NCBI RefSeq assembly: GCF_026571515.1
Contig: NW_026862758.1
Coordinates: 1 to 64,000, forward strand
Direction of reading: 5' to 3'
Length of the DNA: 64,000 nucleotides
Origin: Ruditapes philippinarum
Lineage: Eukaryota
Shown: positions 52,770 to 64,000 of the stretch, piece by piece
How the letters are laid out: every line of letters starts with the position of its first letter
How positions within the stretch are numbered: position 1 is the first letter of the stretch
Notes under the pieces: model-generated
What the model was told of the DNA's origin: nothing
The model's input: the letters and a program-made list of their open reading frames with translations, nothing else
Databases searched by the model: none
Position numbers and translations under genes: made by a program

Positions 52770-55700
52770 ATGATTGACTTTGGTATTGCACTAACATGGA
52801 TGATTATTTCGCCACTTGCTTTTGTTACGGATATATTTGCTATTGTTGTGATCACACATTACTTTCCTTTCTTTCACGGAACTGACGTCACGTTAATATC
52901 CATTCTTACGGCTATGGCGGGAAACGCTGTGTTTGTATTACCGATCCCAGCCTTTCTTGAATTAACAGACAGAAGATGGAACCCTAGTTTATGCACTGGG
53001 TATCTATGGTGTGTTTTGACATTTCGGTTATCGCAAATTTTAAGCCTAATGGTGATAAGTATACATTGGTCTACTTTACTGAAAATGTCCGCTCAAAAGA
53101 AGAAATATTTTTCGACGAAATTCTTAAAAATAACAATTGTGTTCATTTGGATATGTTCGGCGATATTTGGAATGCTACCACTTATTGGAGTCGCAGAAGA
53201 CGATTTTAATGAGAAGGACACGTGCAAATTTCTTGCCTTTAACATTGGCGGTGGATACGGATTATTTTTTCTTATAATTATATTCACAGCCATGTTTGTC
53301 GCCATATTATGTGCTTCAGATGCTATGATATTAATAAAACATATGAAAGTGGTCGCGAAAACTAAGTACCAAGCCGGACGATTCCACATTCCAGACAGGA
53401 GGTCGGATTTACCTTTACATGGGAACAGTTCATTAGCGGAAAGGTACCACAGACTCCAGTTTGCATGGGACCTCAGTAAATTTGCATTAGTTTTCGTGAT
53501 ATTGTCCTTCACCATCAACCAGTTTCCGTATGCGGTAAGTACGCATGTTTTATTGCATTCAATTTCAGTCTTTTGCCTCAGAAGAAAAATGGGATTATTA
53601 AGAACCTCAACAACACGCTTTCAAATGCTTTTAGAATTTGACAAGATGTAATTAAAATACTCTAGTCATGTTTAAGTCGGTGAACAAGTCTCTGAATAAA
53701 GCAATACCTTAAAAGCCTTTTAGAAGTCTTAACAATAAAATAAAGAGTGCTTGTTAATTTTAAAGCATTATATATGTCTTTGATGATCGATTTTAGTATT
53801 TAATTTGATAGGTTTGATAAGGACTCACTCTGAATAAAGACCTATTTAACCTATTTAAAGTTTTATGACTGTTTTAAGTATGTCGTTATAAAATCGTTTT
53901 AAGGCCAAAGTTGTTACGTCAATAACATTGACATAAAATAGAAAAAAATCAAATCACAGACATATAAAGACGTTATGGTTATGGTTTAATTAAAAAATGG
54001 GTGCCGTTTCCTGTCCTCGGAATTAGGGGACAAAAGTAAGTTTTTATAAGTTTTGTGCATGAAAGAATATTATCTCATTCTGATACTGAATGGGACAGTG
54101 AATAAGTTCTAAGTGTAGTAAAATAAAATATAAAATTTCATATGAGAAAACACACCCTTCCCCTCCCAAAACACACTCCTCCCCACAAAACACACTCCTC
54201 CCCACAAAACACACACGCACAAAAAAAAAATAGAGCGTAAAGTGAAAGAAATTCCACCTCACCCCCACTTCACCGTTTATATTCTTTATGAAAATGACAT
54301 TTCGATCATCTAGTGAACTGGTCTAGGTTTTCATATAAATGTCATTGAATTAAAACTTGTAGATTTGTTTCCCTGCTCTCTGTTTCCTAGTGTTTCGTTT
54401 TCGCACTAGGGTTAGAGGGAAGTCTAAATCATATACAAGCATTTTTCCCCGTCTTAATTCTTACTCAGTGCTTTACTTTTCAGTTAGGGGCAAATCATAT
54501 AATTGTGCTGTCCAATGAATACATTTTATAGATTACTTGCATTTGTTTATCTATATTCTGCCTTGTAATGTATATATCACATTTGTATACTTATTGTGTC
54601 TGTAGTTATGTAAAAACTGGTTGTGTAATTGTTCAAATCTTCATGTATTATGGAGGATAATAAATAAATAATAATAATAGTACTGAAATATTAATAAAAT
54701 ACTTAAATGTCCCCATTTGTCAACGTAATATCTAAGAGATTGAATTTATTTGAAGTAACAGTAGCGCAAAAAATGACAATGCAAACATTTTTTTTTAATG
54801 CAAACATTTGAAATTCTATAATGCTATGCTCTATTCATCATAGAATCTGTTGTTTTTTTTCTCATTCATTTATGTCTTCTGACATTAATACCACGCATTC
54901 TATTATGCACGGTGTTAATAATTAAACTATAGTGAAATAACTGACTGAGTGGTGGTAATATTCCTTTATGCTTGTTAGCGGAAATGGCAAATATAATATG
55001 TATTCTATTTCATATTTGATATTACTCAGCAATTTTCTAGATATCTCAGAGTAAAAAGGAGTGTATACATGTATAAGATCTGGCTCTGTTAAATATGTAG
55101 TACAAGTATTGTATATCAATATGTTAGTTTATTTAGAGCATAAATAAATAAATAAATAAATAAATAAAAACAATACAAAGAATTTGAAATCACACGTGCC
55201 ATACTAGTTTTCTCTGGAAAATCATAATAAGTACACGTTATTACACGAAAAATTAATACAGAGGCTATTATTTCACACTTTTATTAACTGCCAGGTTTCT
55301 TGTATGTAACAATTGATAAAGATCAAATACAGTTAGGGATAATATTACATAATTCTAAAAATAAAAGACACCAAAGCGTCAAGCAAGTATCTCATAGTCA
55401 ATAAACCATTAAATCCAATTCAACTAATGTAATATCTTATTTTTTTCTATGATAAAAATATCAGGAAAAATTAACCGATCACTGTTGGTGCCAAGATGAT
55501 GATGGTAAATGTTAACATCGATTTGTTTACGTCTGCTGACATATTCTACACAAACAATCTTCAGTTTCTCAATAATTGTATTTGAAGTTTTATTGATCAC
55601 AATATATCTCTAGTGATGTAAAGGCTTCAGTGGCGAAACATAGCATTTAAATTATCAAATAAACATGTACAAACATATTGTTTACATACCCTCATGGACC

Positions 55701-58700
55701 CCCAAAACAACCCCTACCCCCATTAAAAAATGCATAATGCAAAATGTTCTGTTGCTATTTAAATCCTTAAGATCTGTACAGGCCAGTATTAGGCGGCATG
55801 TCCATGCTGTCTGAGTTGCATCGTTTGCTATCCAGTCAGTACCAATTTTGATTTATTTTCCTAAAATTTTGATTGGTTAACTGGGAATTTTTTTTAAAGA
55901 AATTTAGAATAGTGTGTGTTCCAAAAGGTTATCAATTACAGTTATTTAGTGAAGTGTGATCGCTGTAAAAATTTCCCATTTACTTTATCCCAGCATTGAT
56001 ACAAATGCTTTTAGTACTTTTTTTGACTACTGCTCTTCAACCGGTGCTAGGGGGGGGGGGCATTGCACGTTCTAGGAGGAGGGGGGGGGGGGGGCATTGC
56101 ACGTTGAATCATCTCTCACGAACAGACTGAATAAAGTCAATAAAGTTGAATTTGAAAATTATATCTTACTGATTTTGTTTCTTTCCTACTGTTCTCGAGG
56201 GACCTCTCTTTTTTCAAATAAATTTTCAAGCAATGGTTTCTCGGATGTACTGTCTGCTATCAGAAATGTTCAAGTCAGTTTGTTCCATTTAAGTATATAG
56301 CTGTACTATGCTCATAGAGTAGAATAATTTTATCGCAGAAATTTATTGAAATCTATAAAATTCTTTCTGAATATGTCTGATTTGAATAAAATAATGAATA
56401 AACTATGTGTGGGAAGCAGCATTCACTAATACAGGTCAAGTAAACTTGGTCTTTTCTGAACAAAAAATGCCAGTTTCTTTAATAACACTATATGATTCAT
56501 ATTGTGTCAACCTATACAGTAGTGTGAAGAGTTTAAAACATGACATATTTACTTTGTGTGTTGTCAAAAATAATGTTTATTGTATATAAACAAAGAGACT
56601 GTGTAGCGATGATCAATATTTTGAAACATCAAATCATTATCATATCATATCATATCATATCCTATCATATACATCATATCATATCATATCAATCGTACAT
56701 CTTGGTATATCTGTAATACTCTTGCTGTGATAAAAACAAATGTTTTAACTAATATCAGTTTCTGCCAAGCAATATAACTTTAGACCATTCATCATTTATT
56801 TCTATAATCTATAATTGTCATTTTAATAGTTTCCATAACATTCAAAGTATATTTGTACTATGTGTCTAAATTAGGACTGTAGATGATAATATGAAGTCAA
56901 AGCATATAATTAAATAAAGGTTTTATGAACCGGTTGCCATGGCTTTGATTGATTTTTATCACAGCATAGGAAGGGCGTATACTTGAATGAGAACATAGTA
57001 GAGAAATGTTATAATCGAACTTTATTATCATTATAATTTAACTTTGTACTTATCTTTACATGTACATGTATTCATTAATCGATTAAAGTTAGGTAAGATG
57101 CTATCAGGGTAACATGTAAAATTTCAGCCGGTTTTTGTTAAAAAATGCATTTATTCTACTTGATACAGTGCAAATTTGAATTGTAGTTAACTTTTTGGGT
57201 TCCAGACCATATATGACTGCAAAGAAAATCTACGATACGTTAACAAAATCAACACCATTCCTCCCCCGAAAAAATAATAAAAACAACAACAAACCCCCCC
57301 CCCCCCCAAAAAAAAAAAAACACAACAAAAAAAAAAAAAAACAAATAAAAAAAAAAAACCAAAAAACAACAACAACCCCAACAGCAACAACAAAATAAAA
57401 CCAAACAACTACTCCACAAAAAATCAACAACAAAAAACAAACAAACAAAAGAAGAAAAAACAACAACAAACAAACAAATTAAAAGACAAAAACAACAAAA
57501 CAAAAAACAAAAGACTATTCGTTTTGTTTCAGTAAATGATCGAAATATATTTCCGGAGGAGATACCAGTATGATGTTTTATTTTCATATTTTGCGTGACT
57601 TGAGAGGAGATACAACAGCTGGTATACACCGGTGAAATATAAATTGATGCATGTACATCAAACAAAATTAATGTTCTATTTATTTCATGCTATTGTATTG
57701 GTTTTCATGCGCTTAAAATTACTAATTCTGTAATTCTGCAGCGCATCGTTATGCGTTCTCCGCGATTAAGACATAAAAATAATTCTGTGAAGTTTTTTGA
57801 AATTTTATTACGCTCATGTGTTTGCATTAATCATGTACATTTAACGATGGATGTCATTTTTTCTGAAAGTTCGATGAAATTATAAGATATGCAGTTCATC
57901 TGCTGTCGGAAAAAAACTTCGGCTAAGGTGGAAATATAGTTTCTATAATCCAACCGTGAAATTATCAAATTGTGATATAATATAACGTTTATATCGTTAT
58001 TTACAGTTTCAGTTTCAGTTTTTATTAAACCAAGGCATATAATACCATCTTAATTAGTACGCGCTATCAGTAAAAATCAGATGCGTAATGATTTCTAAAG
58101 CTAAAGATATCGTTAAAACAACAACAACAACCATTGCAAAAGCAACAGCACCCACTCCAAAAACCCCCAAAAAACCCCAACCCCCCAAAAATACCCCTAA
58201 AACCCAACAAAAACAAAACAAACAAAGGAACAAGCAAACAAACAAAAGTAAAANNNNNNNNNNNNNNNNNNNNNNNNNNNNNNNNNNNNNNNNNNNNNNN
58301 NNNNNNNNNNNNNNNNNNNNNNNNNNNNNNNNNNNNNNNNNNNNNNNNNNNNNNNNNNNNNNNNNNNNNNNNNNNNNNNNNNNNNNNNNNNNNNNNNNNN
58401 NNNNNNNNNNNNNNNNNNNNNNNNNNNNNNNNNNNNNNNNNACAAACAAAAGAAAACAGCAAAAAACAACAACAATACATCAAAACAATGGATTTTGAGT
58501 TAATTGAACAAAAAATCATCATGATGGCTCTATGAATATTTCTAATAACAACTGTATGAGCATTAGGAAGAATAAATGTACTTTATAAAATCAAACAGTT
58601 TTTTTTGTGTGTGAAATACCAGTTATATATACACGCGCACATTAAAACAATGTATTCAATGTTGAAATTTTAACAGAAAGAATGCTTGTCAGTTAAAAAG

Positions 58701-60788
58701 TCATAGTACTTCACATGTATTGACTAATGAAAATACACCTAACAATCAAGTCGCTAATGCTGCTAATCATGTGCAAAAAGCCTTCCAGAAAGTGCCAAGT
58801 AATACCAGCAGTCTGTCTAACCGCATCTATACAAACTGAGACTAGTTGATCGTATCTTAAATTGTACACACAGAGTGACATTTATTCTATTTTATTAGCA
58901 ACCTGTCTCTATTTTCCCCTGAAGCAAATTCAGTTATTATTGTGCTGCATTCGCCGCTCTGAATCCATACAAAAGTGATTGGCGTCGAATCGGATTTCCT
59001 TATAAGTGATGAATGTCACCGAACGTTCCATATGCTGGAAATAAATCCATTATTGAATGTTAATCTACTGTATCAAATCTGTGAATAGAGCATGGTTTTA
59101 CTTAAATGATTGTTAAGGACTGCTCACTAATACCATGCCTAACTTTATGATCCAAGTAAAGGTAGTAGAAAAAAAACACAACAAAAACAAAAACAAAAAC
59201 TCACAAATATAAAAAAAAATGCAAATTGATCAGAAATCGCAGTACTTTTTGTCTTGAAGCAAAGAATACCTTTAAAGTATTTGATTTTGTTTAACCCTGA
59301 TCTGTTCACATCTTTTGAAAGGCGATCTATCATTTGCGTCTTTTGTATAACGATTCTTAACATTATATCCAGTGATTTTTTTTTCTTGTAAATCTATGAG
59401 ATTGAACTCAGATATCAACGTAAGAAAACTAATACCCCCTCTGAAAAAATAATTTGCAACCATAAACCTTAAGCTCCCAAAAAATGCTTATTGGCAGCTT
59501 AATGACGTGCAATAAATAGATGGAAATATTCAAACGGATTGAAATATGATTGGTCTCTATATCAAATAAAGTGTATTCTATAAAATTAGTTATTAGGGGA
59601 ACTAATTAGTAATGAACTATGTAATTGATTGATATTTGATCTGTTAAAGAGCTAGCGAATACAAGTAATAGGGAAGAGTCGTGTAACATATTTACCAAAA
59701 TTAATTTATTGGAATTATCGCTTTTTCGTATCCATTACTGTACATTTTCGGAGATAAAATAGATAGCAACACCTTTGCAAGTAAGCTTACTTGACTATAT
59801 TAAAAGTAACTTCCATAATAAATATCTTACCGTATGTTAGTGTTTAGTTCTGTTAAGTTTCTATTAATAAAAGTGGACAGGTCTTCAGTGGGCACATTTT
59901 CCACTAGTATTTCAAATATTGTTGAAAAGAATAGAAATGTTTTATTCGGATTTTGTTATATGAAATGGTGCTTGACAAAAAAAATTGATAAAGTTTTAAG
60001 TGATTTAGATTATACTGTTTATCTGATGAATTATGATATATTGTTCTAGAACACTTTACTATCTGCTTTAAAAATATATGAGCCGCGTCACGACAAAACC
60101 AACATAGTGCGTTTGCGACCAGCATTGATCCAGATCTGATCAGGATCCATGCTGTTCGCTATCAGTTTCTCTACTTGTAATAGGGTTAGTTAGCGAACAG
60201 CATGGATCCTGATCAGACTGCGCGGATGCGCAGGCTGGTCTGGATCCATGCTGGTCGCAAACCCATTATGTTGGTTTTGTCATGGTACGGCTCAAATGTT
60301 ATATCGTATCATGTGTCTCACACTTGCCAACAACTTCCATTGTGGTTTGTTGTTATGTCTGCTACTTAGTACTATCAACATAATTATTCATTGTATTACA
60401 CACCTTCCATTATAGACCAGTTCACTTTAAGAAATGTTATTGATGTTGATGGAATATTTAAATTGTATAGAAATGCATGTCCGAATTCCAAGAAATGCAA
60501 ACATGTCTTTAATCAACTGTTCCATTTAATATTCACCCGAAACGGTTTGTGAATTATTCCGTGGAAATTAGAGTAAAGAAATGCGCAAACAATGTTTAAA
60601 TCATGTTCATGTAACGCTGTATGAAACCATGACAATAGGAAATTCACCGATTAAATCACCAGAATACAATAGCATCTCTGTGTCTGCAAATTCGGTTCGA
60701 ACAAAATAATGTATTGATCTTAAAATTGCAGAGGAGAAACGAGTTGATTACAAAATTACCGAAAGAGAATATATAAATGGTTAATAAA

Positions 60789-60839
<51 letters not shown>

Positions 60840-63800
60840 AACAACAACAAAAATCAAACAAACAAACAAAACCGCAAAACGTTTAACTTGTTTAATGTGT
60901 ATTATGCCATAATTTATGTAATTGCTCCATTATTTAACAGAGTAATGTTAAACACATTGTTGAGTCCAATACTGAATTCTATTGAACGAGTAACATAACA
61001 TATATTGGACGAGGCGCTAGCAGATCCCAACATAGATTTTGCATCTGTGTACGAGTCCAATAAAATCAGTATGGTTCTCATCTGTCCAGGGTATTGAAAG
61101 TATGTGATGTAAGGACTTTGTATAAAAAAGAGATGCTTTCTTGAAAAGAAATGAAAAAAACCTATGTATTGAATAAACAAAGGAACACATGTATATGCTG
61201 CATGTTTTATGATTATTGACATTCATCGGATTTTCTTAATTCAACTTGTAATCAAACAAATAACCTGGTAGTATAAAATGTCAAATAAGAACAGACATAC
61301 GAGTACTAGTCAACAATAACAGACATACCGGTCAAATATGCTCAACAACACTAAAGACCAGAATCAAAGAGGCTGTCTAATGATTGAGGTCATATAACGT
61401 CCAAAACAACCACAAAAGTATATCATAAAATGAAAAATTCACTTAACAGTTATCTTGGAAGAAATGTCAGAATGACAGATATTATCTCACCAAATTGAAA
61501 CATTTACTATTACGGTCACTTATACAATTACTGTTTTAGTGTCGATGTATATGCCATTTTTTTATCTATTAACCCTAAACCTCCTGGATTTCTTAGTTTA
61601 TAAAGAAATTATTTTAGTTAGATTGTAGATAGAGCTATAAACTTACAGACAAACTCTCGAATCAGTTTCTTGAACCATCCAGTATCTGAATTTCTTAAAA
61701 CACTGGTCAATGTTTTATTTAGATTATCAGTATTGAAAGTATCAATATAAAAATTGTAAATTGATTAACCAACAGTTATGGCATGTTTAGACTCCACAAG
61801 ACGGGTTGTTCTGGCTCTATACTGGTGGCAAAGGCTCATCACTTTCGCTATTCGCAGGGTATGGGTTAAAGGCACATGATTCCTGCTTATGTTAACAAAA
61901 AATTAAAATTTGTATTTAAAAGTAAAATATTGTTAAGGTAACAAAGACAATTATTTACACAATGGAAACAGCACTAACAAGTTAACAACCAATGTAAATT
62001 ATCAAAAGGAGGTCAAAATATGCAAAAATAGCCCTTACTGCGCTAGTAACGCAGAAGAAATATGATGAAAAATACTGCCAAATCGATCATATATATTGCA
62101 CATAACATTGGTATTATTACTTTTATCTTGAATTATTTACTATTTCTAAAAGTTCTGTACATTTTTCTAAAATATGATTTTCTTGAAATATTTGGCTCAT
62201 TTGGAGCCATTTACCTTTAAGGCATAATAATAATGGATTATGGATTGTCAATGGTACATTTAATATGGGCACATATGTGACTTACGGTTTATTTTGTCGT
62301 CTATAACATTTAACATGCTGGATACTGGAATACTCGTAGTATACAAAATCGTTACTCGACCGACATTTGGCGTCGGCGGTCCATTATTCATTTCTTTTGC
62401 AAAACAACTTGGAATTAATGATAAATCTGTTATAATTCAAAGTGAAACATTACATTTGAGCATTGTTTAGGTTTTAGACAAATGTAACAGAGAATCTCGT
62501 CGTGGATACTTACATTTACTCTCATACTTAGTTTTGTATTGTGACCATCCTTATAACAGAACTAGAGGTTATACCAATGCTTACTGCTTAGTTTAGGTAT
62601 ATAACTTGAATGAAATATATAAATATGTTATTGGCATGAAATATAAAAAGTTACGACGTTTTATACTGATGGAATGTAAGCTTAATTTCTACTCAATCAA
62701 ACCGAGCCTGCTACACTTTCAATTTTTCCGTTTTGTTTTTCTATCTCTATTTTATTAGGTCCATAATCACATACCGGTTACACTATTTATATCTGGTCTA
62801 AACTTTATGGAATAAACTATCATAATTAAAGTTGATTAGAATAAATAGGCAAGAAAATAATAACTACATACTATAAAATGTTATATGATGAACGGCCATG
62901 TTTTTGACAAAAGTACTACATACTAGATATTTCATTTAATATCCGTCAGATTAAACAAAACATAAAATAAATTGTCATTTTTATCTATTACACAAACAGC
63001 CATCCATATTTCTTTAGTTTGAACTTTATAAAAGGGAAGAAAAATAATTAAATAAGTTAATTCTATATCTAACAAAACTATTTATACTGCCTATTGTTCG
63101 ATTTTATTTTTAATCTAAGTTTTCTTAAAATTCATAATTTGTTATAACACAAAAAGAATTTCCTCTCGTATAACATTCACTGAAATACACTTTTTTTATT
63201 TTGCAAATGTATTATTCAGTTAACGCAACAATAATACATACAAAAACAAATAATCAAGAGAAAATTTTTCAAATATTTGACAAGTTCAACGTGCTCACTT
63301 TAAACATCGGTGTAGAATTAGTAATCAGCTACACTATTCGTCAGACTTTGAGCCAAGTCGCTCAATGATATCATCAATACGTTTCTGCAGAAACAAAAAA
63401 ACCAATGAAATTTTTTTTGAGCTAAGCTTATAGGAAAAATACTTGTTACATCTTCAAATTGCTTACTGTCAGTGAACTGTGATATTTAAGCTTGCAAGTC
63501 CCTAAAATACGGTACAGTTTATTTTGAAATTCATTTGGCAGGCACCTGAATTCATTAAATCATCGGCCAGACAGCATAGTTTGACAGGTTAAGGCATGCC
63601 TGGTACAATCTAACTTTAAACCTAACAATTAAAAGATAAACCGTGTTACTTTTTAAAATAATTTTATACTAAATTAAATATGTATTTTTGTCTTTACAAT
63701 ATTTCTCATACCTTAATATATATGGACACTTTTTTTACTTTTTCAGTTAATGCAAGGTGTTCAGACATTTACGAAGATTGATCGTGGCACACTAGAGGTA

Positions 63801-63936
63801 ATCTCGCTATATATGATTGGTTTTGAAGCATTGCTACTACCTCACACCCTTTGGCTACTGAGCAGACGATACAGGCACGCGCTGACGTACCAGTGGCAGG
63901 TGCACGTGCTGAAGAACAAAGACAAGGAAGAAGATG
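52770..63936 (+). CDS. Class A (rhodopsin-like) orphan GPCR, partial; exons 52770-53534 and 63747-63936, probably continuing beyond the window
   Basis: Six hydrophobic helices in the first exon, with Cys at the top of TM3 (WNPSLC), TM4 W..LP and an ECL2 Cys. Phase-0 donor GCG|gtaagt and acceptor tttcag|TTA lead to TM7/helix 8 (FEALLLPHTLWLLSRRYRHAL). A further donor G|gtgaga at 63937. Resemblance to GPR153/GPR162-like receptors is inference. Confidence 0.82.
57265..58480. repeat. A/C-rich low-complexity tracts in the GPCR intron
   Basis: Tracts at 57265-57512 and 58115-58480 (including the N gap 58254-58441); a poly-A tract also lies at ~60790-60838. Confidence 0.9.
60079..60294. mobile_element. 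Palindromic MITE, copy 6 (in GPCR intron)
   Basis: Same family, with a small deletion in the left arm. Confidence 0.9.
61569..61868. mobile_element. Degenerate piggyBac-like MITE
   Basis: TTAA|CCCT..GGG|TTAA ends; internal sequence resembles ~43975-44120 and ~55745-55930. Confidence 0.4.
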
Positions 63937-64000
63937 GTGAGACATAATATATATACTGATAATGCTCGTAGATATGACTAAATGTGAACTTCTTGCAAAT

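Noticed and set aside
56047-56104. Duplicated G-run (possible G-quadruplex)
   Set aside because: A short local duplication of a homopolymer of uncertain length; no evidence of function.
57187-58535. Lys/Phe-rich ORFs
   Set aside because: Low-complexity tracts and N gaps inside the GPCR intron.

Overview
AT-rich, repeat-dense eukaryotic DNA with spliced genes and three N gaps. The repeat and gene types suggest a bivalve mollusc (inference). Four host genes are supported. (1) A cGAS-like receptor (Mab-21/cGLR nucleotidyltransferase plus a helical TPR-like C-terminus) on the minus strand, broken by one 1-bp homopolymer frameshift. (2) A type II membrane GT32 glycosyltransferase. (3) A five-exon secreted C1q-domain protein with a long His/Asn/Lys-rich linker. 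(4) An atypical class A GPCR that probably continues past the window. Mobile DNA includes a full-length CR1/L2-group LINE, a CACGGTG-ended DNA transposon with a 5-bp TSD nested in a MITE, six copies of a palindromic MITE, many Helentron-derived (HINE-like) satellite-bearing elements and tRNA-derived SINEs. The main observation: the cGLR gene lies inside a ~7.3-kb segment bounded by matching Helentron-type termini, inserted in exact register into a satellite unit of another element, which suggests transposon capture and mobilisation of an innate immune receptor.
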